Sequence record: OR805295.1
Direction: 5' to 3' (one strand)
Length of the DNA stretch: 64,000 nt
Shown one piece after another: positions 38,070 to 47,332 of this stretch. Made by a program: the position numbers and the translations under genes. The stretch's first letter is position 1. Each line of letters starts with the position of its first letter. The notes under the pieces are model-generated. The model ran no database searches. It worked only from the letters and a program-made list of their open reading frames with translations, and was not told the origin of the DNA.

Positions 38070-38176
38070 GACAATGCTCGATATTCTTTATGATATTTAT
38101 CATAGTAATTTTAGGTAAATTTATGAAATTATATTTATTTTCTTTTATAAAACATAAAATATAGTTGTTTAATTTA

Positions 38177-38503
38177 ACTGGGTGTAATATAATTTGTAGT
38201 GTATGCAATACATTTGCATATATACCAAGCACTGTATGGTGAGTTGCATACAGCGATGGGCAATCGTAGTGCCGACATTGATCTAGTATGATCTGAAATA
38301 GGTCCCTTACGCCGAGGTAAGGCTATCTGGCACGGATAGTAGTGGATGTGTATGTTCGAAATAACGATATCATATTTTAGACATACGCCGCCGTCAGCAT
38401 TTTTAGTTTGCAACTGCTGATATCTTTAAGTTTTGTTGATGGCCGGGGGTGGTGCCCAGTGCATTTTTATTGTAGAGTTAATGTGTAAAAGAAATAAATG
38501 TGC
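38177..38503 (+). ncRNA. Candidate structured ncRNA (~285-330 nt), family unassigned
   Basis: Closing stem ACTGGGTG (38177-84)/TGCCCAGT (38453-60) enclosing at least six hairpins with G-U pairs on +; GC-rich island in AT-rich intergenic DNA. Confidence 0.6.
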
Positions 38504-38664
38504 TTAAAGACGAGGTTCTTTTCTAAAACTGTTTCTAAAAATAATTGCGTTAAAACCTTGGGTTTAATTAATGTATTATATATGCTATATAATTAGCCCT
38601 ACATAAACATGTATGTTTAACTTGTTTAGTTAACAATAAAATATGCAAATTAAGGAATTAACTG

Positions 38665-38832
38665 ATGACCAAATTTAATAAAAAATCGTTAGATACATAT
38701 GAAGATAGAGAAGATTATAGAGATGAAGAAACTGGTGACAGGTTAAATAATAAGAAATCTGAACCTAAAAAAAATAATACTGATTATAAGCCGTTTGGTA
38801 AAATTACCAACCGCTATAATAATGATAATTAA
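38665..38832 (+). CDS. Small charged hypothetical protein (55 aa), below ORF-track cutoff
   Basis: TAAGGA RBS; MTKFNKKSLDTYEDREDYRDEETGDRLNNKKSEPKKNNTDYKPFGKITNRYNNDN*. Confidence 0.6.
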   Translation: MTKFNKKSLDTYEDREDYRDEETGDRLNNKKSEPKKNNTDYKPFGKITNRYNNDN

Positions 38833-38860
38833 ATAGTAAATATTATTATCATTTACTACG

Positions 38861-39280
38861 GTGATAATAATGATAGAAACTATTTTAACCTCGAGAGTAT
38901 TTGCTTATGTAGTTTGCATAGGTATAATATCGTTAGCAATAACGCTCTCATATCAAAAATATCAAAAGCTTATTAGTGTAAATAAATCTCTTGAACAATC
39001 TATAGAAACGTTAACTAATGATAATAATTCATTGCAGTTAACTATTTCTGAACAAAATAAAAAGATTGAAACATATATTCAACTTAGATTATATGAAGAA
39101 TCTATAGCCAAACAAAAAGCAGAATCACATGCTGCTTTAGAAAAACAATTACAAGATACTAAATCTCAGTTAAATGAATTAATAGAACGTAGAAAGAATG
39201 AGGCACCAAATGATCAAAGTGTGTTATGCTCTACTGTCAGGATTGATCCTGCTTTACGCAACTGGATGCTCGCAAACTAA
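38861..39280 (+). CDS. i-spanin (Rz-like)
   Basis: N-terminal TM helix, long coiled coil, C-terminal LCSTVRIDPAL; overlaps a lipoprotein gene. Confidence 0.8.
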   Translation: MIIMIETILTSRVFAYVVCIGIISLAITLSYQKYQKLISVNKSLEQSIETLTNDNNSLQLTISEQNKKIETYIQLRLYEESIAKQKAESHAALEKQLQDTKSQLNELIERRKNEAPNDQSVLCSTVRIDPALRNWMLAN

Positions 39281-39527
39281 ACCAGTTAAATCTGTAGTGA
39301 TAGAAAAGGAAATAGTTCCTGTTCTTCCGCCAGATTCTCTTATAGTATATTGTTACGAAAATGAAAATCCCGATACGTATGGCGAAGCGGTAGGTTCGGT
39401 TAAAAAACTAAAATCTATAATTAAAAATTCTTGTAATAAAAATATGAAAGATATAGAACTTTGGAAATCTGAAGTTAAAAAACTATATCCTACTGCGAAT
39501 GACTTAGAAACAAAAAAGCAGCCTTAA
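39198..39527 (+). CDS. o-spanin (Rz1-like lipoprotein)
   Basis: Signal peptide with lipobox LLYATG-C, Pro-rich VPVLPPDSLIVYC; start may be Met5 (39210). Confidence 0.8.
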   Translation: MRHQMIKVCYALLSGLILLYATGCSQTKPVKSVVIEKEIVPVLPPDSLIVYCYENENPDTYGEAVGSVKKLKSIIKNSCNKNMKDIELWKSEVKKLYPTANDLETKKQP

Positions 39528-39787
39528 GCTGCTTTTTTATTGTCCGAGTCGCATGGGTTTATTTTATCTTTTATATTCTGTTTTATATAACTTCCTGCAA
39601 TACCTAGTATACTAAACAAACATACTAATCCTATAAATACGTGAGTTTCTATCAAAGAACTAAATCCAATAATTGCTGGAACACCGTATTGTGCAATAGC
39701 CATTAATAAATTCACTACATGGAAAATATAAGAATATCTTTTATATATTTTAGTCCAATTATCTGTTAATTTAAGTTTCCTAAACAT
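39524..39787 (-). CDS. Putative holin (2 TM)
   Basis: LTDNWTKIYKRYS start, two hydrophobic segments, YIKQ; adjacent to endolysin. Confidence 0.7.
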   Translation of the reverse strand: MFRKLKLTDNWTKIYKRYSYIFHVVNLLMAIAQYGVPAIIGFSSLIETHVFIGLVCLFSILGIAGSYIKQNIKDKINPCDSDNKKAA

Positions 39788-40281
39788 ACATTCCTCTCTT
39801 CAGTTCTTCGTTTTACTAATCCTTTTAAAACAACTCCTCCTGCTTTAGTCCATTTTAGCAATTCGTTGCATGCTCCTACTTTATCGCCTGCATTTAATTT
39901 TCTAAGCATTGTGGATTGATTTCCATTTTTTAATGTGACAAATCCGTCTTTAACCCCTTTTTTCCCCGGTCCTACGTTATATAAGAACGAAAGAAATGCA
40001 GCATGTTCGTATGGCGTTAATTCTACCTTTACTACATTTGTTAAGATTTTATTATGTTCTAAAAGATCTTTTGCTAATTGATCCAAACATTGGTCGTCTG
40101 TAAATTGTTGTCCTTTTTTTAGCTCAGGTCCAGTGTGACCGTAGCAAGATGTTAAAATTCCTACTGGATCTACATATACCTTGTTTACTTTACCTTCAAA
40201 CGGAGCTAATAGTGCTCCTCCTAGTGCAATTGCACCGGATAATCCCATTGCAATTAATTTTTTTCTAATATTATTATCCAT
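39766..40281 (-). CDS. SAR endolysin, T4-lysozyme-like muramidase (GH24)
   Basis: Gly/Ala-rich N-terminal SAR segment; catalytic E-8-D-5-T triad (FEGKVNKVYVDPVGILT); GLVKRRTEERNVC. Confidence 0.92.
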   Translation of the reverse strand: MDNNIRKKLIAMGLSGAIALGGALLAPFEGKVNKVYVDPVGILTSCYGHTGPELKKGQQFTDDQCLDQLAKDLLEHNKILTNVVKVELTPYEHAAFLSFLYNVGPGKKGVKDGFVTLKNGNQSTMLRKLNAGDKVGACNELLKWTKAGGVVLKGLVKRRTEERNVCLGNLN

Positions 40282-40401
40282 ACTAATCCTTTATAAAATA
40301 AAACGTGTTAACATATATGTCAACTATATGTATAACGGCAGCTTTGCAATAGTAGCATTATGCTATATACTGTTTTTATAACATAAACCGTTGGAGTATA
40401 T

Positions 40402-40833
40402 ATGACACTTATTTCGCAAATAAAAGCAGATCAACTTTCTGCTCGTAAATGTAAAAATAAAATAGCTACATCTCTCCTTACTACACTACTTTCAGAAGCA
40501 TCTCAACCCGGCATAAATGACGGAAAGAGAGAATCTACAGATAACGAAGTAATAAGTGTAATTAATTCGTTTATCAAGAATAACAAAATAGCACAAGAAA
40601 ATGCTAGCAAAGATATTCTTTGCGTATTACAAGAAGAATTAGCTATCTTAGTTTCTTATCTACCCGAACAATATACAAAAGATAAATTAACTGAGATTAT
40701 ATCTAAATATATAAATAATAATCCTGATTTTACTATTTCGTCTGTTATGCAGTATTTACGACAAAATCATTCAGGAAAATATGAAGGTAGAATGGCAAAA
40801 GAAATAATTGATACTTGTATGCAGGGAGTTTAG
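40402..40833 (+). CDS. GatB/YqeY-domain protein
   Basis: QIKADQLSARK...LLTTLLSEA...STDNEVISVI...ELAILVSYLPEQ...VMQYL...YEG pattern. Confidence 0.85.
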   Translation: MTLISQIKADQLSARKCKNKIATSLLTTLLSEASQPGINDGKRESTDNEVISVINSFIKNNKIAQENASKDILCVLQEELAILVSYLPEQYTKDKLTEIISKYINNNPDFTISSVMQYLRQNHSGKYEGRMAKEIIDTCMQGV

Positions 40834-40834
40834 T

Positions 40835-41047
40835 GTGAAAATTTTAGAAATGGCAGAATCTAGTTGGATAGAATTTGTAGAAAGAAAAGACAATGATGTT
40901 ATATTGCAGACAAAGTCTGGATATACATATCTTATAAAACGAGTTCCAGATGACGTATGGCTCGAATGGAATATAGCTCCTTCCGCAGGGGCGTATTTTG
41001 TTGCAAATATAAGAAACAAATATCAAATTAATAAAGTTGTAGGATAA
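40835..41047 (+). CDS. KTSC-domain protein
   Basis: SSWI...GYTY....VPDDVW......PSAGAYF..NIRNKY; GTG start after GGGAG RBS. Confidence 0.75.
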   Translation: MKILEMAESSWIEFVERKDNDVILQTKSGYTYLIKRVPDDVWLEWNIAPSAGAYFVANIRNKYQINKVVG

Positions 41048-41517
41048 TGATAGAAATAATAGCAGCAATTGGACCCAAATTAGAAATAGGACTCAATGGA
41101 CGATTGCCATGGAATTACATATCGGAGGATATGGCTCATTTTAAAAAACACACAATAGGGAAATGTGTTATAATGGGTAAGACGACGTTCGAGAGTTTAA
41201 ATAAAATACCTCTGTCTGGTCGTACTAACATTGTGATGTCTACTAATGAAATTTACACAGGCGTATGCAACGTAAGATCGGTCAAAGATGCGTTAGATAC
41301 AGCAATGATAAAAGACAAAGGAATTGCAGTGATAGGCGGCGCCAGCATCTATAAACAATTTGAAGGTATAGCAACTAAACTTGTAATAACACATATACCG
41401 GATAAGTATATATCGTCTGCAGATACTTATTTTCCAATAGATCTAAATAATTGGAATGTTTTTAACGAATATAATATAACATCTGATATAATTGTTAAGG
41501 AATATGTTAAAAAATGA
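41047..41517 (+). CDS. frd: Dihydrofolate reductase
   Basis: IG..G.LPW...EDMAHFK, VIMGKTTFESL..PL.GRTNIV, IGGA.IY, ADTYFP. Confidence 0.95.
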   Translation: MIEIIAAIGPKLEIGLNGRLPWNYISEDMAHFKKHTIGKCVIMGKTTFESLNKIPLSGRTNIVMSTNEIYTGVCNVRSVKDALDTAMIKDKGIAVIGGASIYKQFEGIATKLVITHIPDKYISSADTYFPIDLNNWNVFNEYNITSDIIVKEYVKK

Positions 41518-41759
41518 TATTTTTTCATATTTTAGGGGTTGTAGGTACAGTATGTGTATTATTCTGTTATTGGATGATAGCAGAAGGTAAATGGACAAAT
41601 AAAACTAAAAAATATTATTTAATTAATGGAATCGGCGCGTTATTTTTGTTAGCTAGTTTAGTTGTTAATTTTAATTTAGGATCTGTAATTCTAGAGATAT
41701 TCTTTTTGATTATTACTGTTCGTGGATATTTAAAGGCAATAAAAGAAAACGATGTATAA
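41514..41759 (+). CDS. Small membrane protein (CBU_0592-like)
   Basis: Three hydrophobic segments; LGVVG....L..Y, Y.LINGIGA..L..SL...FN...V.LE pattern. Confidence 0.7.
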   Translation: MIFFHILGVVGTVCVLFCYWMIAEGKWTNKTKKYYLINGIGALFLLASLVVNFNLGSVILEIFFLIITVRGYLKAIKENDV

Positions 41760-42021
41760 CGAAATAATAAACCGTATAAATTCTGAACAAGAATTTAAGA
41801 GATTATTAAAGGCGTCTGATACTAATTTTCCTGTAAAAATATCTAAACATTTTATATTTGATAAATCTTCTAATGTTTCTCTAAATATGAAAGATATAAT
41901 TTATCCTGTTGTATGTATAACTGTGTTTTCATTTGTGCAAAATACAGATATAGGTGTATGCAATCACCATGTATATCCATTAGAGTGCATTAAAGCTAAA
42001 TTGTTTACTGAGGAAAATTAA
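41752..42021 (+). CDS. Hypothetical protein
   Basis: Overlapping start/stop in tightly packed operon. Confidence 0.65.
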   Translation: MYNEIINRINSEQEFKRLLKASDTNFPVKISKHFIFDKSSNVSLNMKDIIYPVVCITVFSFVQNTDIGVCNHHVYPLECIKAKLFTEEN

Positions 42022-42576
42022 ATGGGATCTCATTTAATAAAAACTGGTGTAAAAAATATAAAAAATAATTCTCAACAGATAGAATTTGACGATATAGTTA
42101 AGTTAGTATCTGATTCGTATAACAGATGTGTAAATGAAATAAACAAATCAAAAATAGAATCCGATCTGTTATTAGAAACAACGTACTCTGAAGAAATAGA
42201 ATACGTCGAACGGATAATTAATTTTTATAGGAAAAAAAATACAAAATTATTGTTAAATGCAATGAAAATTACTAAAACAAAACATTTACTTTTTTCTATT
42301 AAGTCTGCAACTGCTCGCCCTGCTCACGGCGAAGTGCTATGTATTGGTAGATATAAAGGTTGGCCATCTGCTTGGGCTATACTTGAAAATGTAATAGGTA
42401 TACACACATCTTGTGGTAATTCTAATCAACAACAATTTCAACTATTAAATATAAACTTAATAGACAAAAAATTTATTAATAACGTAGTGGATGAAAATGG
42501 AAATATAGTTATTGATTCCGAAATTCGTAAGGAATTAGAAAAATACGCTGTAGTAACTAGGAAAAGTTGGTATTAA
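42022..42576 (+). CDS. Hypothetical protein
   Basis: Abuts previous stop; GAGG RBS. Confidence 0.7.
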   Translation: MGSHLIKTGVKNIKNNSQQIEFDDIVKLVSDSYNRCVNEINKSKIESDLLLETTYSEEIEYVERIINFYRKKNTKLLLNAMKITKTKHLLFSIKSATARPAHGEVLCIGRYKGWPSAWAILENVIGIHTSCGNSNQQQFQLLNINLIDKKFINNVVDENGNIVIDSEIRKELEKYAVVTRKSWY

Positions 42577-42591
42577 TAATAGGGGTAAAAC

Positions 42592-43155
42592 ATGAATATT
42601 TCCTTGCGCCGCGCCAGAAAATTAGAAATTAAATTAAAGAATTTTTTAAATGAATCTGCAAATTATAAAGCACAGATTAGGGTAAATTCTAATAGTGAAC
42701 AAATCATAGAAACACTACATGTATCTAGGGTAAAATTTGAAACTGAATTAGAAAATAAAAGAAAACTAATATCTGCTAGATTTAAAATAAGAGAACTAAT
42801 TGGTAAAAATAATCACAACGTAGGCATCGATAATCTTATTACCCAAAGAGAGCACATAAAAGAACAAATAGTTCTTCTGCAAACTATGTTACTTAATGAT
42901 ACTGTAGAAGATTGTATTGCATGTGATATAATAGAAGCAGAACGAAAACTCAATGAATCTATGGGTAAGAAAACTACTGTAGTTCCTGTTTCTATTATAA
43001 ATTCTAATTTAAAATCAAAATACTTATTAGAAAAAAATTCATTAAAAGCACGTTTAGACGAAATTGATGAAAAGATTTTATCGTTAAACAATTCTACTAC
43101 TATAACAATTGATGACGATATAAAAGAATTATTGTTAGATAATAGACTTATTTAA
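42592..43155 (+). CDS. Hypothetical coiled-coil protein
   Basis: AGGGG RBS; helical composition. Confidence 0.75.
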   Translation: MNISLRRARKLEIKLKNFLNESANYKAQIRVNSNSEQIIETLHVSRVKFETELENKRKLISARFKIRELIGKNNHNVGIDNLITQREHIKEQIVLLQTMLLNDTVEDCIACDIIEAERKLNESMGKKTTVVPVSIINSNLKSKYLLEKNSLKARLDEIDEKILSLNNSTTITIDDDIKELLLDNRLI

Positions 43156-43226
43156 TAATCATATATAACTATTGACGTTATATTTTAATTGTGTTTTACT
43201 ATGTAAAAATTTTAAGGAATAAAAAT

Positions 43227-43478
43227 ATGAAAGTAGAAATTTACGGTAAAGAAAATTGTCCGCATTGTAAAAATGCAGTTCAGTTATGTGAAATGAGGGG
43301 ATTAGAATACTATTATTATGATGTTAGTGATCAAGAAACCGGAATGGAATTAATAACAGAATTAACTAATCGTATAGGAACTAGGCCGAAATCTGTTCCT
43401 CAAATTTTTATCGATAATCAACATGTGGGAGGATATACTCAGTTTCATTGTGCATTAGATGCAGCAAGGAATATGTAA
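43227..43478 (+). CDS. Glutaredoxin
   Basis: IYGKENCPHC, SVPQIFID..HVGGY; start moved to ATG 43227 after TAAGGA RBS. Confidence 0.93.
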   Translation: MKVEIYGKENCPHCKNAVQLCEMRGLEYYYYDVSDQETGMELITELTNRIGTRPKSVPQIFIDNQHVGGYTQFHCALDAARNM

Positions 43479-43628
43479 ATAAAACTATTGTATGTTTTTG
43501 TGTAAAGATGTAATACTTCGTTTTATCGGTTAAATTTTAAAAATTTTCTAATTCAGTAAACAAAAAGGTCGTGTTAGAAACATTTTGTAAAAATTTCTTT
43601 AAAACTTATATAGATATTTGGTTATTAC

Positions 43629-44159
43629 ATGTCTAGCATATATAGTAAGTTAAAAGATATAATAATTATCGATGTGGAAGCTAGTGGATCGTATCCTATT
43701 GAGATTGGATTTATAACTAGTTCGGGCAAAATAGAATCTAATTTAATAAGAAGACACCATTCTTGGTTATCTTGGGACTATAGAGCAGAAAGAAAAGTCC
43801 ATAAAATTTCTAAGAGTATGCTTAGCTCGCACGGAATAAGTGTTAGGAATGCTTGCACATGGTTAAATGAGTCATTATGCGGAAAGACTGTATATTCTGA
43901 TTGCGCACAAAATGATAATAAGTGGTTACGTGCATTATTTTCTGCAGGAAACTGCGGGCAGAATTTTAGAGTATTAGATACTAACAATCTAATGCCGCAG
44001 TATCCGAAACGGTTTTATAATGAAAAATTTTTAGAATTTAAGAGAAAGAATTATAAATTAACTCAACAACACAGAGTAGATTCAGATGTTTTAGTAATTA
44101 AAGATTCTTTATTGGAACTAGCAGAATTGGAAGAGTTTATTAATGAGCAGTTTAACTGA
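43629..44159 (+). CDS. DEDDh 3'-5' exonuclease-like protein
   Basis: IIDVEASG..YPIEIG, SD...ND, HRVDSDV motifs. Confidence 0.78.
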   Translation: MSSIYSKLKDIIIIDVEASGSYPIEIGFITSSGKIESNLIRRHHSWLSWDYRAERKVHKISKSMLSSHGISVRNACTWLNESLCGKTVYSDCAQNDNKWLRALFSAGNCGQNFRVLDTNNLMPQYPKRFYNEKFLEFKRKNYKLTQQHRVDSDVLVIKDSLLELAELEEFINEQFN

Positions 44160-44322
44160 TATAAAAGAATTGATAGAAAAGAAGAGCATTAATATAGCCA
44201 TACTAGAATTTTCTGGCTGGTACTTAAAGACTAATATTGGTATTTTTACATTAATAGGAGACCAGTATTATAAAGATGGAACACCTATTTCTAAAAAAGA
44301 AATTGAGGAACTTCTAAAATGA
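44143..44322 (+). CDS. Small hypothetical protein (59 aa), below ORF-track cutoff
   Basis: MSSLTDIKELIEKKSINIAILEFSGWYLKTNIGIFTLIGDQYYKDGTPISKKEIEELLK*; overlaps both neighbours. Confidence 0.65.
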   Translation: MSSLTDIKELIEKKSINIAILEFSGWYLKTNIGIFTLIGDQYYKDGTPISKKEIEELLK

Positions 44323-44606
44323 AACGAGTTGCATTATTGATACCATTGTGTGTTTTATATGGTTGCAGTTCTAATCCATATGAAAACAATATAGTCAATA
44401 ATGCAACTCGTTATGTAACAGTAGAAACACCAGAAACAATAAGCAGAAACATTGCAAACCGATATGTATTAAATACCGATGAATTTCCTGCAAAACCCCA
44501 CGACACATATAAAATGTATGGCGAACAAATTAAATCTACCTTTAGGGGAAATGCAAGAAGATTAATAGAATCTACTATTATTTCTATATTTAGAAATAAT
44601 AGATAA
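44319..44606 (+). CDS. Putative lipoprotein
   Basis: MKRVALLIPLCVLYG-C signal peptide with lipobox. Confidence 0.7.
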   Translation: MKRVALLIPLCVLYGCSSNPYENNIVNNATRYVTVETPETISRNIANRYVLNTDEFPAKPHDTYKMYGEQIKSTFRGNARRLIESTIISIFRNNR

Positions 44607-44608
44607 TA

Positions 44609-45037
44609 TTATTTCTTTCTTTTCTTAGATGCTACAGGTTTTATTTCGTCTGCTGCATGTTCTGTTTTAGATTCGTTATTAACTGTAGTTTCATTAGAAA
44701 CAATTGCTTTATTTGTCGGTTTCTCTTCTATTTTAGAAAAATCCTTACATGCATCCCATTCAAACTCTTTAAAATGTGCAGGACCATCGTATACAACTAC
44801 TCTTACTTCTTCGATTTTTAAAGTAGGATATACTACACCATCTATTTCTACTAAGCCGCAAATTTCAAACTCCTTTAAGAGCGAAGGATCGGTTTGATTA
44901 GTTAACACACATCTTCCGGTGCATTTACCTACCTCTACATTAAATTTTCTATTGCTTATTTGGGATAATATTGTTGCTTTTCCTGCAGGTTCATAAGGAA
45001 CTTTGGCAAAAAATTTTACTTTATTAAGAAATATCAT
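44609..45037 (-). CDS. Hypothetical late protein
   Basis: AGGAG RBS; GATAAATA on - at 45061-68; basic C-terminus. Confidence 0.7.
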   Translation of the reverse strand: MIFLNKVKFFAKVPYEPAGKATILSQISNRKFNVEVGKCTGRCVLTNQTDPSLLKEFEICGLVEIDGVVYPTLKIEEVRVVVYDGPAHFKEFEWDACKDFSKIEEKPTNKAIVSNETTVNNESKTEHAADEIKPVASKKRKK

Positions 45038-45079
45038 AATCTTCTCCTAAGTTTATTTAATATTTATCTGCTAATACAT

Positions 45080-45108
45080 TTGACGAAATACATTGAATAT
45101 TTTAAAAT
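45080..45108 (+). promoter_or_regulatory. Sigma70-type promoter for rIIA/rIIB
   Basis: TTGACG-17 nt-TAAAAT; the ORF-track TTG start at 45080 is this -35 box. Confidence 0.7.
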
Positions 45109-45148
45109 ATTGCAAATAAACACGTATAATTCAGTTTGGGAGTGTAGC

Positions 45149-47332
45149 GTGAAATTAGAATCGGATAATTCTGTAACAATAGAATCTACAAACATGGTAG
45201 GTGGAAAATCTTTCACTATTAAAAATAGTCCGAAAGCCTTTTCTATTCTATCTAACGGGTTATATAAAGATAAAATTCGTGCAATTGTAAGAGAAATTGG
45301 GTGTAATGCACGAGATAGTCATGTTGCAGCAAATAAATGTGATGTTCCTTTTGAATATCATGTTCCTACTGATTTAGAGCCGTTTTTTAGCATAAAAGAC
45401 TTCGGTGTAGGTTTAGATTACAACGAAGTAATGAATATTTATACTACTTATTTTGATTCTACAAAAACACAATCAAATGATTTTATTGGTGCTTTTGGGC
45501 TCGGATCAAAGTCACCGTTTTCCTATGTAGATAATTTTTCTATAATTTCTACAAAAGATGGAATAACAAGAACTTTCGCTGCATTTATAAGTGAATCTGG
45601 TGTTCCGGATATGCTTATGCTAAGCGAAATGAAAACAAATGAGCCCAACGGAGTTGAAGTAAAGATTCCTGTATCAAATCGGGCTGATTACAAAATTTTT
45701 GATAAAAACTGTGTAGATGTATATTCGTGGATGAATGTGTTGCCAGTAGAAGTAAATGGCCACCATGTATTAAAAACCCCAGAAGTTTTTCTATCTGTAA
45801 CAAACAGAGCTACAATATATAAAGGCACTAATGAATCACATAAACTATACGCAAGACAGGGCGGAGTATTATATCCAATTGATATAGAATCTATATCCGA
45901 AGAATATCTTGATGATAGCTATGTCCGTAAATTAGATAATAGAAACTTTTATTCATATTTTGTTGTAATAGATTTTAGTATAGGAGAATTAGATGTATCT
46001 GCATCTAGAGAAGAATTATCTTATATTCCGTTAACTCAGAAAAATTTATCTACTGCATTAATTGATTTCGTATGTTCCTTTACTAAAGCTATCACAGATG
46101 ATATAAATTCTAATATAGACGCAGTAACGAAAACAAAAGTGTTATATGAATATAAACAGAAATCATTTAATATATTTGTTCCTGATATAAAAACATTAAC
46201 CAATATCATATATGCCAATATTTCGGATTCTGTAGAGATAGGTCAAGTATATATACCGATATCTGAAGTAAAAGCATTGTTTACCAATGTTAACTATTAT
46301 ACACTGGATTATGGTATTTTTAGGAAGGCAAGATTTTTAGTTACATACTATAAACATCTAAGTACAGGTGAAATAAAAAGATATAGAAATTATACTTCCA
46401 GTGCCTCATACGAAGGTATAACATATATTTCTGATAATATAGCAATTGACGATAGTAATACTGTAAAATATTTTATAATAGATGATAATACATCGACAAG
46501 AGCAATAAGAGACTATATATCGAATATTTACAGAGCACGGTGTAAAGTTATAATTTGTAAAAATAAAAATGGAAAAATAAAAAGAAACGATATATATAAT
46601 TTCGCAAGAAAATATTATATTTCTAAATCGCAAATTATATTTTCGTCTGATCTAAATATTCCTGTTATTCCTAAGCAAAATAACAGAATCAAAAAAGAAG
46701 ATGAAGAATGTATTTTGTTATGCAGAAGTTTTAATATATGGAAAGAATCGATAGTAAAGCTGTCTGATATAAAGGATGATTGCTATTATGTAGAATTTTC
46801 TGGATGGAATATGACTACTGATTTGTCTGATTCGGATATTACTGCACTTACATTATATCATTCTAAACCGATATACGGGGTAAGAAAGATAACCTTAGAA
46901 CAAGTCAAGAAAAATAAACATTTTATTCCTATTACTGATCATGTAATAGATGAAATGTATAATAATGTTAAGGATGTTATAAAACAGTGTAGACCAGATT
47001 CTACTTATTCCGATGTAGACAAATTGCTTTATTATATAAATTCTGCAAACTTAAAGGACTCATTAACAAATACTGAAATAAAAGAATATGAAAAATACAA
47101 AAATACTTATAAACCGATTAGTGAGTCGTCGATTAAAAATATCATACGACATTTAGATACAGAAAAACTAGCTAATCAATTAAAAATAATACATAAACGC
47201 GCCAGCCGGTATGAAAATATTCTATCTAAGTATCCGCTTATTGAACACATCAATTTAAGTAAAGTAGGTATAGTACACGTAGTGAATTATATGAATATGA
47301 TAGATAACAACGGAGAATCTAAAAATGACTAA
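45149..47332 (+). CDS. rIIA: rIIA protein (GHKL ATPase N-terminus)
   Basis: FSILSNGLYKDKIRAIVREIGCNARDSH, IKDFGVGL, STKTQSNDFIGAFGLGSKSPFSY; GTG start after GGGAG. Confidence 0.92.
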   Translation: MKLESDNSVTIESTNMVGGKSFTIKNSPKAFSILSNGLYKDKIRAIVREIGCNARDSHVAANKCDVPFEYHVPTDLEPFFSIKDFGVGLDYNEVMNIYTTYFDSTKTQSNDFIGAFGLGSKSPFSYVDNFSIISTKDGITRTFAAFISESGVPDMLMLSEMKTNEPNGVEVKIPVSNRADYKIFDKNCVDVYSWMNVLPVEVNGHHVLKTPEVFLSVTNRATIYKGTNESHKLYARQGGVLYPIDIESISEEYLDDSYVRKLDNRNFYSYFVVIDFSIGELDVSASREELSYIPLTQKNLSTALIDFVCSFTKAITDDINSNIDAVTKTKVLYEYKQKSFNIFVPDIKTLTNIIYANISDSVEIGQVYIPISEVKALFTNVNYYTLDYGIFRKARFLVTYYKHLSTGEIKRYRNYTSSASYEGITYISDNIAIDDSNTVKYFIIDDNTSTRAIRDYISNIYRARCKVIICKNKNGKIKRNDIYNFARKYYISKSQIIFSSDLNIPVIPKQNNRIKKEDEECILLCRSFNIWKESIVKLSDIKDDCYYVEFSGWNMTTDLSDSDITALTLYHSKPIYGVRKITLEQVKKNKHFIPITDHVIDEMYNNVKDVIKQCRPDSTYSDVDKLLYYINSANLKDSLTNTEIKEYEKYKNTYKPISESSIKNIIRHLDTEKLANQLKIIHKRASRYENILSKYPLIEHINLSKVGIVHVVNYMNMIDNNGESKND

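Noticed and set aside
38174-38413. 79-aa minus-strand ORF
   Set aside because: No RBS or recognisable motif; G-U-biased stems on the + strand explain the GC content better. Kept as the refuting alternative for the ncRNA.
38177-38460. Assignment as RNase P RNA, SRP RNA, group I intron or standard tmRNA
   Set aside because: Hallmark sequences are missing or in the wrong order; left unassigned pending a covariance-model search.
38834-38858. 8-bp inverted repeat TAGTAAAT/ATTTACTA upstream of the i-spanin as a translational repressor hairpin
   Set aside because: AT-only stem that is weak in this base composition and does not clearly cover an RBS.
45080-45148. ORF-track TTG start of rIIA at 45080 (also 58204 for tube, 53026 for dNMP kinase, 43191 for glutaredoxin, 51103)
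   Set aside because: These extensions overlap promoters or upstream genes; downstream starts have better RBS or context and match the expected N-termini.
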